This document shows, in pieces, positions 21,898-32,434 of a DNA stretch of 56,958 nucleotides. The translations under genes were made by a program, and so were the position numbers. Origin of the DNA: an uncultured Collinsella sp. GTDB lineage: Bacteria > Actinomycetota > Coriobacteriia > Coriobacteriales > Coriobacteriaceae. Location: assembly GCA_937997605.1 (NCBI GenBank), contig CALLFD010000157.1:1-56958 (forward strand), written 5' to 3'. Every line of letters starts with the position of its first letter. The first letter of the stretch is position 1. The notes beneath the pieces are model-generated. The model saw nothing but the letters and a program-made list of their open reading frames with translations. It was not told the DNA's origin and searched no databases.

Positions 21898-23751
21898 ATG
21901 CCGCTTTTCTCGCAACATACCGCCCGGTTCTCGCCGGACGTTCCTTTGGAGGGCACCAGCTCTCGCGAGCTGCTCAAGCGGTACCAGCCGCTCGAGACAC
22001 TTGCGACCGGCGGTTTTGGCTCCATCGAGATCTGCCGCGACACGCACCTGCGCCGCCGCGTCGCCATTAAGCGCATCCCCCTTATTAACGGTGTCGGCAT
22101 GCCCGCCAGCGACATCATGGATGTCCTGCGCGAGGCGCACACTGCCGCCATGCTTCAGCATCCCAACATCGTGCAGGTCATCGACTTTACGCACGACACA
22201 GCCTATGCCTACCTGGTTATGGAATATGTCGATGGCATGTCGCTGGCCGAGTTTTTGCACCGCGTGGACGGCCACTCACTTACCTTTGACGAGGCCGCGG
22301 CCATTGCCGATGCCCTGGGCCAGGCGCTCACCTTCGCCCATAGTAATGGCGTACTCCACCTGGACATTAAGCCCGCCAACGTGCTCATCGACCACTCGGG
22401 CAATGTAAAGCTCACCGACTTTGGCATGGCGCGACTGTCGTCCGCCGGTGGCTTTGGCGGCTCGCGCGGCGGCACCATCGGCTACATGCCGCCCGAGCAG
22501 CTCGATATCGAGACCGGCACGGTCGACGAGCGCGCCGATGTCTTTGCCCTCGCCTGTGTGATCTACGAGGGCCTGTGCGGCAGCGCTCCCTTTATGGCGG
22601 CCACGCCCGCCGACTCGCTCGACCGCATCATCGGCGGCGCTACCTATCCCAGCGAGCTGATACCACACTTTCCCCCGGGAGCCGAGGCTGCGCTCATGAG
22701 CGCGCTCTCCCCCATGCCGCAGGACCGCCCCAACAGCATCGAGGCATTTTGCGACCAGCTCCTTGCCGGTCTGGGCAGCGTGCGCGAAGGCCGTCGCAGC
22801 CTGGAGCAAATGGTTGGCGAGCTTTCGGATGACGAGCAGGAGCTCGACGATATCGAGCCGTCGCACTACGAGGACGAAGCCATCGAGGTCGACCCCGCAC
22901 TTGGCTGGGCGGGCACGCGCTGGAGCCATGCGCGCGACTACACCATGCGCACTATCTCGGCGCTGGCGTGCGGCACCTTTAGCTTTTTGCTGATGCAAAC
23001 GGCCGGAGTCGCGGCGCTTCCCGGCCTGGTCATTGCGGCTATCGCGATCGGAGCGGCGGCTGGCCTGGCCCCCCAGATCGGCTCGGCCATCTCGGCTGTG
23101 GGCTTTTTGGTGCTCATGGCCAACGCCACCATGCAGGCGCAGGGCATCCTGTCGATGCTGCCCGTCGCGGTGATCTTTGCCGCCGCCATGTCCGGTTGGT
23201 GGATCGCCTGGGGTCGCACCGAGGCTGCCGCGAGCGCCGCGCTCACCTGTGCACTCGCGCTTGGCTGTCTGACCGGCAATACCTTCCTGGCAGCTGGGGT
23301 CGCCGCCGGCGTCGCGTCATTTTGGCTCGGCCCGGCAAGCGCCGCCGCGGCAACGGGCATGGGCGCGCTTTTTGCCCGTCTGGCCACGGTCGCGCTTTCA
23401 GCCGGAGGCGTGCTGGGGCTCGGTAACGTTGCCGCAGCGCTGGGAGACCCGCTCCTTTGGGCTGCCTTTGTGCTGGTCGCGGCAACTGCCGCAGCGTCAT
23501 CCGCGCTGCTCAATGCCCATGCCAAGCGTGCCGATCAGGGCTCAAACCTTGCCGCAATCGCCGCCATCGCTGTCACCGGCATCGGCTGCGCGGCGGCGTC
23601 CTGTCTTGCACACCATATGGAAATTGCCAGCCTTGCAGCCGCGGTCATCGCCAAGGCGGCGGTTGCGGGAATCCTATCCTCTATAATCGTTGGGATATGC
23701 CTATATTTGCTCGGATACCAAAGAACCTATACGGAGAGTGATCTTTCGTGA
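21898..23751 (+). CDS. Ser/Thr protein kinase with multi-pass membrane C-terminus
   Basis: GGFGSI, VAIK, HPNIV, HLDIKPAN, DFG, GTIGYMPPE; many hydrophobic segments C-terminally. Confidence 0.92.
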   Translation: MPLFSQHTARFSPDVPLEGTSSRELLKRYQPLETLATGGFGSIEICRDTHLRRRVAIKRIPLINGVGMPASDIMDVLREAHTAAMLQHPNIVQVIDFTHDTAYAYLVMEYVDGMSLAEFLHRVDGHSLTFDEAAAIADALGQALTFAHSNGVLHLDIKPANVLIDHSGNVKLTDFGMARLSSAGGFGGSRGGTIGYMPPEQLDIETGTVDERADVFALACVIYEGLCGSAPFMAATPADSLDRIIGGATYPSELIPHFPPGAEAALMSALSPMPQDRPNSIEAFCDQLLAGLGSVREGRRSLEQMVGELSDDEQELDDIEPSHYEDEAIEVDPALGWAGTRWSHARDYTMRTISALACGTFSFLLMQTAGVAALPGLVIAAIAIGAAAGLAPQIGSAISAVGFLVLMANATMQAQGILSMLPVAVIFAAAMSGWWIAWGRTEAAASAALTCALALGCLTGNTFLAAGVAAGVASFWLGPASAAAATGMGALFARLATVALSAGGVLGLGNVAAALGDPLLWAAFVLVAATAAASSALLNAHAKRADQGSNLAAIAAIAVTGIGCAAASCLAHHMEIASLAAAVIAKAAVAGILSSIIVGICLYLLGYQRTYTESDLS

Positions 23752-24758
23752 ACTTCCTGAACATCTTCGAGGACCACGTGGCCGGCATCTTCGGTGCCAC
23801 CCGTGCCCCGTTCTCCTTTAAGAAGCTTGCCAAGCAGGCCGCTCGCGACATGGAGGATCAGACTCTGGTGATCAACGGCGTCAACACGGCGCCGGCACTC
23901 TATACCATCCTTATCGCCGCCGACGACGATCCCATGCTCGCCCCGTTCTACCCCGAGCTTTCGCGCGAGGTCCGCGAGTTTGTGAAGGCACAGGCCGAAA
24001 AGCGCCGCTATGTGTTTGTCGGCGAGCCCCTCGTGCGCTTTATGATCGATCCGCAGCTGCGTGCCGGCAAGTTCTCGGTCTTTGCCGAGAACGTCGATGC
24101 CCCCACGCTCGGCCGCCTGTACGAAGAAGAGCGCGCCTATCAAAACGGCCTGGGCCAGAACAACTCCGCGGCAAGCCGTGCCGCCAGCGCCCCGCGCGCC
24201 GGCCAGCAGCAGTTTGCCGCCCCGCAGCAGCAGCGCCCCGCCGCCATGCCCCAGCAGCAGCCGACGCCTCGCGCCGCCGCTCCCGACCCGCTTGCCGTGG
24301 CAGATCCCTTCGCGCCTAGCGTCCCCGACCCCGCCGCTCCTATCCCGGTGCCGCAGACCGTCTCGCGCGACGCGCTTGCCGGCATGGGCGGAGCCGCCGC
24401 GACCGGTGCCGCCGTGGGCCTAGGCGCCGCAGCCGGTATCGCCTCCAACATGGCGAGCACTCGCGCCCCGCAGCGCCCGCTCGCCCAGCTCGTCGACGTC
24501 GTGAGCGGCGAGAGCCATAGCATCACCTCCGCACAGGTGACCATCGGTCGCGAGCGCTCAGTTTCCGACATTGCCCTGCGCGACCCCAACGTGTCGCGCC
24601 GCCACGCCCAGCTCACCTTTACGGGCTCGGATTGGTCGATCGAGGATCTCAATTCCACCAACGGCACGCTCGTCAACAACCGCCGCATTACGCGCTGCCC
24701 GCTGCGCAACGGCGATCTGCTGACGTTTGGCCTGAGTACCTTTGAATTTAGGGGATAG
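23748..24758 (+). CDS. fhaA: FhaA-like protein (DUF3662-type N-domain, linker, FHA)
   Basis: C-terminal FHA (IGR, DPNVSRRHA, DLNSTNGT); canonical position before fhaB-pstP. Confidence 0.88.
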   Translation: MNFLNIFEDHVAGIFGATRAPFSFKKLAKQAARDMEDQTLVINGVNTAPALYTILIAADDDPMLAPFYPELSREVREFVKAQAEKRRYVFVGEPLVRFMIDPQLRAGKFSVFAENVDAPTLGRLYEEERAYQNGLGQNNSAASRAASAPRAGQQQFAAPQQQRPAAMPQQQPTPRAAAPDPLAVADPFAPSVPDPAAPIPVPQTVSRDALAGMGGAAATGAAVGLGAAAGIASNMASTRAPQRPLAQLVDVVSGESHSITSAQVTIGRERSVSDIALRDPNVSRRHAQLTFTGSDWSIEDLNSTNGTLVNNRRITRCPLRNGDLLTFGLSTFEFRG

Positions 24759-24764
24759 TCGCTT

Positions 24765-25181
24765 ATGAACATCGATATCGTCCTTTTTGCAGGCCGCATC
24801 GTCCTGGTCGCCCTGCTCTATATCTTTCTGTTCGCCGTCATGAAGACCGGCGTGGGACTTGTGCGTGGACAGCGCCGCGACTCGGCTATCTGGACGATCG
24901 ATGTGGACAAGGGTCCGCGCGGTATCCGCGGCATCCACGTAGACATGCTCGGCCCCGTCATCGTCGGTCGCTCGCCATCTTCGGACATCTGCATCAACGA
25001 ACCGTTCGTCTCGGCCTCGCATGCGCGCTTTTCGCTACAGGGCCCGGCGCTCATCATCGAGGACCTCAACTCACTTAACGGCACGCTCGTCAACGGCCGC
25101 CAGCTCGTGGAGCCCGCGACGCTGCGTGAGGGCGACGAAGTCCAGATTGGCGACGTGGTCATGAAGGTGAACCGTCGATGA
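24765..25181 (+). CDS. fhaB: FhaB/FipA-like TM-FHA protein
   Basis: N-terminal TM helix plus FHA motifs (VGRS, VSASHA, DLNSLNGT). Confidence 0.88.
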   Translation: MNIDIVLFAGRIVLVALLYIFLFAVMKTGVGLVRGQRRDSAIWTIDVDKGPRGIRGIHVDMLGPVIVGRSPSSDICINEPFVSASHARFSLQGPALIIEDLNSLNGTLVNGRQLVEPATLREGDEVQIGDVVMKVNRR

Positions 25182-26977
25182 TCGACGAGGAGAACAAGTC
25201 CGCAACCATGACCGAGGCACCGGCTGCCGCCGCAGCTGCACCGGCCCACGCCGCTCCGGCGGGCTCCTCACCCGTGGAACCCGAGGACACCGTGTTCTCC
25301 CTGCCTCTTTCGCATGTAACGCATGATATTTCGGATCTCGCCGATAACGAGGACGAAGAGGATGCCGCAGCGGCGCCCATCGGCGCACATGCTGCGGAAC
25401 AGCCCACAGCGCCCGAAGCAGCCCCGGCGCCGGCTCACTTTGCAGAGCCCGTCGCCGCGGCAATCAACGAGAGCGCTGCGGTGTTTGCGGCACCCGAGCC
25501 CGCCGCGCCGGCGTTTCCCATAGCCCCGGCATCCGAGGTTGCGCCCGCGTCTACGCCGACGCCCGAGCCTATAGACGTCAGCCCGCAAGACGACGAGTCG
25601 ACCGCCCGCGTGTCCGAGGAGCCCGACTCCCCGGACACCGGCGACTCCGAATCAAACGCCGAGACAAGCACCGTCTCTCCCGGTGACACAGCAGAGATCG
25701 ACGTTGCCGCCGTTGAGGCCAAGCTCAAAGACCCCGGCTCGACCATGAGTTTTGAGCCCCTGACCGAGGAGCGCATCGAGACCGACTCGACCTATGATGC
25801 CGGCACCACCACGCAACTCATGTGGGGCGCCCGCTCCGACGTTGGCTGCGTGCGCCCGCACAATGAGGATTCCTACCTGGTGCAGTCGCCGCTCTTTTGC
25901 GTATGCGACGGCATGGGTGGTCACGCTGCCGGCGAGGTGGCCTCTTCTATCGCTGTCGAGACTATTGCCAAGACGGCCCCACAGTCCGCCGACGCAGCAC
26001 GCCTGGCCGCAGCCGTCGAGGCAGCCAACGCCGCCGTAATCGAGGCGGCCCTGAACGGCCTGGGCAAGCCCGGCATGGGCTGCACAGCCACTTGCGCCTA
26101 TATCGAAAACGACACGCTCGCCATCGCCCACGTGGGTGACTCTCGCGCCTACCTGCTCCACGAGGGCACGCTCATCCGCGTGACCCGCGACCACTCCTAC
26201 GTGGAGGAGCTCGTGGACGCCGGCGAGATCACGGCAGATGAGGCTCGCGTCCACCCCAACCGTTCGGTCATCACCCGCGCGCTGGGCTCGGACCCCGCTA
26301 TGTATGCCGACCACTTCACTCTGCATATCGAGGAAGGCGACCGCCTGATCCTGTGCTCCGACGGCCTTTCGAGCATGATTCCCGATAGCGATATCGAGAA
26401 CATCGCCACGCAGTCCTCAACCGCGCAAATCTGCGTCGACAACCTAGTGGACGCGGCGCTTGCCGCCGGCGGCCACGACAACGTGACCGTAGTAGTCGTT
26501 GACCTGGTTGACGATGGCGTCATGCGCGAGGCGCAACGCGTGCGTCGCCGCAACGTTACTATCGCCGCCATCCTGGCCCTCGTCTTTGTGCTGGCAGCTG
26601 GCATCTGGGCCTACACGGGTGTCACCGGCTCGTACTACCTGGGTACCTACCAGGGCAATGTCGCCGTCTGGCGCGGCCTGCCCGGCAAGCCGCTCGGACT
26701 CAAGCTCCACTGGCTCGAAAGCGAAACCAGCATCAAGCTATCCGACCTGCCCGAAGACACGCAAAACCGCCTCAAGGCGGGTATTCCGCAAACAAGTGTC
26801 GACGATGCGCAGGACACGATATCCAAGTACCGCCACCAGATCGACGAGGAGCAGACCCGCCAGGTGATCGACGCGCAAACGATTCGCGACAACACCAATC
26901 AGGGATCGACCTCCGAATCAGATTCCGAGAAAACCGCCGAACAGTCCGCCGAGGCCGAAGCCTCCGATAAGAATTAG
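25178..26977 (+). CDS. pstP: PP2C-family Ser/Thr phosphatase with TM anchor and long acidic N-terminal extension
   Basis: RPHNED, DGMGGHAAGEVAS, GMGCT, HVGDSRAY, LCSDGL, GGHDNVT. Confidence 0.93.
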   Translation: MIDEENKSATMTEAPAAAAAAPAHAAPAGSSPVEPEDTVFSLPLSHVTHDISDLADNEDEEDAAAAPIGAHAAEQPTAPEAAPAPAHFAEPVAAAINESAAVFAAPEPAAPAFPIAPASEVAPASTPTPEPIDVSPQDDESTARVSEEPDSPDTGDSESNAETSTVSPGDTAEIDVAAVEAKLKDPGSTMSFEPLTEERIETDSTYDAGTTTQLMWGARSDVGCVRPHNEDSYLVQSPLFCVCDGMGGHAAGEVASSIAVETIAKTAPQSADAARLAAAVEAANAAVIEAALNGLGKPGMGCTATCAYIENDTLAIAHVGDSRAYLLHEGTLIRVTRDHSYVEELVDAGEITADEARVHPNRSVITRALGSDPAMYADHFTLHIEEGDRLILCSDGLSSMIPDSDIENIATQSSTAQICVDNLVDAALAAGGHDNVTVVVVDLVDDGVMREAQRVRRRNVTIAAILALVFVLAAGIWAYTGVTGSYYLGTYQGNVAVWRGLPGKPLGLKLHWLESETSIKLSDLPEDTQNRLKAGIPQTSVDDAQDTISKYRHQIDEEQTRQVIDAQTIRDNTNQGSTSESDSEKTAEQSAEAEASDKN

Positions 26978-26993
26978 AAAGGGAGTGCCGCTT

Positions 26994-29864
26994 ATGAGTC
27001 GCCGCAACACCGAGCTGCTCTTGCTCATCGCCTCGGCGTTCCCCGTCATCCTGCTGTATGCGATGTACGTCCTCACCGCGGGCGCTGCCATCTCCTTTGA
27101 GACGCTCGCCGTACCGATCGGCCTCTTTGCCGCCTTTGCCGCGGCCCACATTGCCGTGCGCATCTTGGCGCCCGGTGCCGACCCCGCCATCCTGCCCATT
27201 GTCTTTGTGCTTTCGGGCATCGGCATCACGTTCGTGACGCGTCTCGCCCCCGCTCTCGCCATCTCACAGCTCATCATCCTGTTTGTCTCGGTGGCCCTGA
27301 TGGTGGGAACGCTCGCACTGGTCAAAAACCTCGACGTGGTCATGCGCTACAAGTACACCTTTGGCATTATCGGCATCATCCTGCTGATGCTGCCCATCTT
27401 TATCGGCACCACGATCTCGGGCTCCAAGCTCTGGATTCGCATCGCGGGCTTTACCATCCAGCCCGGCGAGTTCGCCAAGGTCTTTATCGTGCTGTTCCTG
27501 GCCGGGTACCTGGCCGAGAACCGCGAGCTGCTCTCCATCTCCAACCGCAAGATCCTGGGCTTTAAGATCCCTCGCCTGCGACTGCTGCTGCCGCTGTTTG
27601 CCGTGTGGGGTGTGTGCCTGCTCGTCGTCGTCTTCGAACGCGATCTTGGTTCGGCCGTGCTGTTCTACACCATCTTCTTGCTGATGCTCTACGTTGCCAC
27701 GGGGCGCTTTTCGTATGTCGTTATCGGCCTTGCGCTCTTAGCCGTCGGAGCCGTGGGCGCCTACAAGTTCCTATCGCACGTTCAGGTGCGTTTCCAGGTT
27801 TGGCTCGATCCGTTTAAGGACGCCCAGGGCCAGGGCTACCAGATCGTCCAGTCGCTCTTCTCGCTTGCCGATGGCGGTCTGGTCGGTGTTGGCATCGGCA
27901 ACGGCATGGCCAACAACATCCCTGTCGTCGAGTCCGACTTTATCTTCTCGGCTATCGGCGAGGAGATGGGCCTTTTGGGCGGCGGCGCCGTGCTCATCCT
28001 GTTTATGCTCTTTGCCGTTCGCGGCCTGACCACGGCTGCCCGCGCTAAATCCGACCTCGCTGCCTTTAGCGCCACGGGCCTTACGGCCGCCATCAGCTTC
28101 CAGGCCTTCTTGATCGTTGGCGGCGTAACCCGCCTGATCCCGCTGACCGGCGTCACCCTGCCCTTTATGAGCCAGGGCGGCTCCTCTCTGCTGGCGAGCT
28201 TTATCATCGTCGCACTCCTGCTGCGCGCCGGTGACGAGGCGACCGGACGCGAGGCCGAGCTTACCGGCACCGGCACCATGGCCGCCATCACCGACGATCA
28301 GGTCGCATCTGCCGCCGCCCCGACGGGCACGCGCTTTGCCGCCTCGTCTTCCTACGGCAGCGGCAGCCATTCCGTCGGCTCGCGCATGCGCCGTCGCCTG
28401 CTCGACACGCCTGAATCCGGTGTGCTCGGCCGCGTTGCGCTCGCCAACCGTCTAACCCGCGCGGTGCTCGCCTTTACGGCGCTGTTCGCCATCCTTATCG
28501 GCAACCTCACCTATGTCCAGGTCATTAAGGCCAAAGACTATCAGGACATGCCGACCAACAACCACACCATCGCCCGCTCCAAGTACATCCAGCGCGGCTC
28601 CATCATCACGTCCGACGGCGTGACGCTGGCCGAGTCGCTGCAGCAGGAGGACGGCACCTACGTACGCTCCTACCCCAACGGTAACCTGGCAGCGCACGTG
28701 GTTGGCTACGTGAGCCAGCAGTATGGCACCACCGCCATCGAGAGCGTCATGAACGACACGCTCACCGGTTCTAAGGACTACTCCAGCTGGAACAACGCCA
28801 TCGCGTCGCTCGCGGGCCAGACCCAGCCGGGCAACACCGCCAAGCTCACCATCGACTCGCGCATCCAGACGGCTGCTGAGCAGGCGCTCAAGGGCTTTAA
28901 GGGCGCTGTGGTGGTCATCGACCCGCGTACCGGCGCGGTGCTCGCATGTGCCAGCTCGCCCACCTACGACAACACCAACATCGATGCCCTGCTGCAGACG
29001 GGCGGCGGCGAGGACGGCTCCATGTACAATCGCGCCATGGACGCGCTGTACACGCCGGGCTCAACGTTTAAGGTCGTTACGCTTTCCGCGGCACTCGAGA
29101 CCGGTACCGCCAGCCTTACCAGCACCTACCAGGCGCCCGGCTCCATGGACATCGGCAACGCACCGGTCACCAACTATGCCAACGAGAGCTACGGCACCAT
29201 CAGCCTGCAGCAGGCCTTTGCCGTGTCCTCCAACGTCGTCTTTGGCCAGGTGGCAAACGAAGTTGGCGCAAACACGCTCGTACAGTTTGCCAACGCCTTT
29301 GGCTACGGCCAAAAGCTCGGCCAGGACCTGACCTCCGCGGCCTCCATCATGGCCGACCCGTCGCTCATGACCGAGTGGGAGACCGCCTGGGCCGGCGCCG
29401 GCCAGCCTGTCGGCATGGACCACACGCCCGGCCCGCAGACCACCGTCATGCAAAACGCCGTGATTGCCGCCGCCATCGCTAACAGCGGCGTGGTCATGGA
29501 CCCGTACTTTGTAGCCCAGGTACTCGCCCCGGACGGAACCGTGGTCAAGACCACGCAGTCCCGCTCGCTGGGTCAGGCCGTCAGCTCCGCCACGGCCGAC
29601 CAGGTCAAGCAGGCCATGCTTGCCGTCGTCCAGTCCGGCACCGGCACCGATGCCCAGATCCCCGGCGTCAAGGTCGCCGGCAAGACCGGCTCGGCCGAGA
29701 TCGGCGGCACCAACGTCAACTCGATGTTCGTTGGCTTTGCACCTTACGATTCACCCACGGTCGCCATCTCGGTGGCCTTGGAGGATTTCGACAAGCATGA
29801 CGTCAAGGCCGCCAAGATTGCCGGTATCGTCCTGACCGCGGCGCTTGCCGCACAGGGAGCGTGA
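26994..29864 (+). CDS. rodA-pbpA: Natural fusion of SEDS glycosyltransferase (RodA/FtsW) and class B PBP transpeptidase (PbpA)
   Basis: SEDS motifs IQPGEFAK, DLGS, ESDFIFS, PLTGVTLPFMSQGGSS, then PBP motifs STFK, SSN and KTG, all in one uninterrupted frame. Confidence 0.92.
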   Translation: MSRRNTELLLLIASAFPVILLYAMYVLTAGAAISFETLAVPIGLFAAFAAAHIAVRILAPGADPAILPIVFVLSGIGITFVTRLAPALAISQLIILFVSVALMVGTLALVKNLDVVMRYKYTFGIIGIILLMLPIFIGTTISGSKLWIRIAGFTIQPGEFAKVFIVLFLAGYLAENRELLSISNRKILGFKIPRLRLLLPLFAVWGVCLLVVVFERDLGSAVLFYTIFLLMLYVATGRFSYVVIGLALLAVGAVGAYKFLSHVQVRFQVWLDPFKDAQGQGYQIVQSLFSLADGGLVGVGIGNGMANNIPVVESDFIFSAIGEEMGLLGGGAVLILFMLFAVRGLTTAARAKSDLAAFSATGLTAAISFQAFLIVGGVTRLIPLTGVTLPFMSQGGSSLLASFIIVALLLRAGDEATGREAELTGTGTMAAITDDQVASAAAPTGTRFAASSSYGSGSHSVGSRMRRRLLDTPESGVLGRVALANRLTRAVLAFTALFAILIGNLTYVQVIKAKDYQDMPTNNHTIARSKYIQRGSIITSDGVTLAESLQQEDGTYVRSYPNGNLAAHVVGYVSQQYGTTAIESVMNDTLTGSKDYSSWNNAIASLAGQTQPGNTAKLTIDSRIQTAAEQALKGFKGAVVVIDPRTGAVLACASSPTYDNTNIDALLQTGGGEDGSMYNRAMDALYTPGSTFKVVTLSAALETGTASLTSTYQAPGSMDIGNAPVTNYANESYGTISLQQAFAVSSNVVFGQVANEVGANTLVQFANAFGYGQKLGQDLTSAASIMADPSLMTEWETAWAGAGQPVGMDHTPGPQTTVMQNAVIAAAIANSGVVMDPYFVAQVLAPDGTVVKTTQSRSLGQAVSSATADQVKQAMLAVVQSGTGTDAQIPGVKVAGKTGSAEIGGTNVNSMFVGFAPYDSPTVAISVALEDFDKHDVKAAKIAGIVLTAALAAQGA

Positions 29865-29981
29865 TGCCCATGATCGAATCGGACACCCGAGGCGCGCCGC
29901 CGCCGAAGAGTTAGCGGCAACGCGCCACACGGCCCCAGCGGCCACATCGTAGGTACTACACACATCGTTGAGCGAATAGTT

Positions 29982-31940
29982 ATGTTAGGAGCAGGAATGG
30001 AACAGAGGGTCCTCGGGGGAAGATACCTCCTCAAGGATAAGGTGGGAACAGGCGGCATGGCGACCGTCTACCGTGCACAGGACCAGGTCCTCGACCGCAC
30101 GGTAGCCGTCAAGATTATGCTGCCGCAGTATGCTGGCGACGCAACCTTCGCCGCGCGCTTTAAGCAGGAGGCCCAGGCAGCAGCCGGTCTCTCCTCCCCC
30201 TATATCGTGGGCGTCTACGATTGGGGCAAGGACGGCGACACCTATTACATCGTCATGGAGTACCTGCGCGGCACCGACCTTAAGAGCGGCATCAAGAGCC
30301 ACGGCGCCCTCGACCCCAAGAAGGTCGCCCAGATCGGCTCGCAGATCAGCTCTGCGCTTTCGGTCGCCCACAAGCACGAGATCATCCACCGCGACATTAA
30401 GCCGCAGAACATCATGGTGCTGCCCGACGGCAACATCAAGGTGATGGACTTTGGCATCGCGCGCGCCAAGAACAGCCACCTCACGCAAGACAACAACGTG
30501 CTGGGAACCGCCCACTACGTCAGCCCCGAGCAGACCCGCGGTCAGGACCTCGGCCCCACCTCGGATATCTACTCGCTGGGCGTCGTGATGTACGAGTGCG
30601 CCACCGGCCGCGTTCCCTTTGACGGTGACGACGCCATCTCGGTCGCACTCAAGCAAGTCAACGAGTTGCCTATTCCGCCGAGCCAGATCAACTCCGGTGT
30701 CGACGCCGACCTTGAGCGCATTATCCTCAAGTGCATGGAGAAGGACCCGGCGAACCGCTTCCAGACGGCAGACGAGCTGCGCCAGGTGCTCAACAACTAC
30801 CTGTCCGGTCGCGCCGTCAACGTCTCCGAGCCCACGCGCATCATCGGTGCCGCGGGCGACCTGGGCGCCACCAAGACCCGTGAGCTGTCTGACTCCACGC
30901 GCGCTATGGTTCGCCCCGTATCGGGCGTAAGCGGACAGACCAACCCCCGCAGCGCCGTCTCGGGTTCCACCGGTTCCTACGAGGTCGATCAGCCCAAGTC
31001 CAACAAGAACAAGATTATCGCCGCCGTAGTCGCCGCAATCGCCGTGGTTGGCGTTGTGGTGGCCTTCGCCACCGGGCTCTTTGGGGGCGAGCAGGTTACG
31101 GTGCCCGATGTGCTTAACAAGGACCAGCAGACCGCTATCGAGCTGATCAAGGAGGCCGGCCTTGAGGTCGGAACTGTCGACCAGAGCTATAACGACGATG
31201 TCGACGAGGGCAAGGTTGCCGAGCAGACCCCCAACGGCAACACTAAGAAGCCCAAGGGCTCCAAGGTTAACCTGGTGATCTCCAAGGGCCCCAAGCCCTC
31301 CGAGAAAGTTGAGGTTCCGCAGCTCGTCGGCCTAACCAAGGACCAGGCCGAGGCCGCGCTGGCAAGCGTGGGCCTGAAGGGCAACGCAACCGAGGAGGCC
31401 AACGAGGCCGACGAAGGCCAGGTCTTTGAGCAGGGCACTGATGCCGGCAAGGAAGTCGAGAAGGGCACGACCATCTCGTATAAGGTCTCCAGCGGTCCTG
31501 ACACCACCTCCGTCCCCGATCTGACCGACATGACCGAGGCCCAGGCACGCAACGCTCTCGACATGGCCGGTTTTGGCGTCAACGTGAGCTACCAGGAGAA
31601 CGATTCCGTCACCGAGGGCACCGTCATTAGCTGGAACCCCAGCGGCAAGCAGAAGCCCGGCGCCACGATCACCGTCGTCATCGCCAAAAAGTCCGGCAAG
31701 GCCAGCGTTCCGGGCAACCTGTACGGCAAGAGCATCTCCGCCGCCGTCACCGCGCTCAACAACGCCGGATTCTACAACATCGCATTCTGCGATCAGAACG
31801 GCAACCCCGTGAGTGGCAACGAAAACGCCACCGTGACGGGCGTCTCCCCCACTGGCAAGCAGTCCACCGACAGCACGATCACGTTGACGGTTTCGCTTTC
31901 TGGCTCCGATTCGGGCGACGATTCCGGCACGACTAACTAG
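29982..31940 (+). CDS. pknB: PASTA-domain Ser/Thr kinase PknB
   Basis: GTGGMATVY, VAVK, HRDIKPQN, DFGIAR, GTAHYVSPEQ, one TM helix, about four PASTA repeats. Confidence 0.96.
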   Translation: MLGAGMEQRVLGGRYLLKDKVGTGGMATVYRAQDQVLDRTVAVKIMLPQYAGDATFAARFKQEAQAAAGLSSPYIVGVYDWGKDGDTYYIVMEYLRGTDLKSGIKSHGALDPKKVAQIGSQISSALSVAHKHEIIHRDIKPQNIMVLPDGNIKVMDFGIARAKNSHLTQDNNVLGTAHYVSPEQTRGQDLGPTSDIYSLGVVMYECATGRVPFDGDDAISVALKQVNELPIPPSQINSGVDADLERIILKCMEKDPANRFQTADELRQVLNNYLSGRAVNVSEPTRIIGAAGDLGATKTRELSDSTRAMVRPVSGVSGQTNPRSAVSGSTGSYEVDQPKSNKNKIIAAVVAAIAVVGVVVAFATGLFGGEQVTVPDVLNKDQQTAIELIKEAGLEVGTVDQSYNDDVDEGKVAEQTPNGNTKKPKGSKVNLVISKGPKPSEKVEVPQLVGLTKDQAEAALASVGLKGNATEEANEADEGQVFEQGTDAGKEVEKGTTISYKVSSGPDTTSVPDLTDMTEAQARNALDMAGFGVNVSYQENDSVTEGTVISWNPSGKQKPGATITVVIAKKSGKASVPGNLYGKSISAAVTALNNAGFYNIAFCDQNGNPVSGNENATVTGVSPTGKQSTDSTITLTVSLSGSDSGDDSGTTN

Positions 31941-31992
31941 TCGAGGACCCATCACCCGCAGCGGCTAGGGCCGCAAACATATTCGCTCAACG

Positions 31993-32030
31993 GCGCCCGC
32001 TTGCTCCCCCGCAAGCGGGCGCTTTATTTA
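31993..32030 (+). terminator. Intrinsic terminator after pknB
   Basis: GCGCCCGCTTGC-TCCCCC-GCAAGCGGGCGC followed by TTTATTTA. Confidence 0.85.
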
Positions 32031-32434
32031 TCGACAGACCATGGCCCCTTAGCAACGCAAAGAGGCCCGCAAAAGCGAGCCTCCCAGGTGACAACAGAAT
32101 ATGTAATGCAGTAATTACTGGCCGCAGAACTTCACCATGATCTCGACCATGGACTCTTGCCTATGGACAAAATGTCCATAGGCAAGGAGATGAAAGAGTA
32201 AGGACAACGCCCTCTAAAAGAAGGCCGTATATGAAGATTGCATATCCCTTTTGCCTTCATATACTCAAGAAGCACCCCTCGAAGCGCTCCTGAGAGGCCC
32301 CCTTGGATGCAACCCAGGGGATCCAGATTCTGGTAGACATCGGCGCAGCAAAATCCTGCCGCGCAGGCACGAACGGACATCTTGACTCCTAACGCAATGC
32401 GGGGCGCCCCAAGACACCCCGCCACGACAAAAAA

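Noticed and set aside
32059..32095. Degenerate second att site after pknB (hairpin plus CCAGGTG)
   Set aside because: The match to the tRNA 3' end is too short to support.
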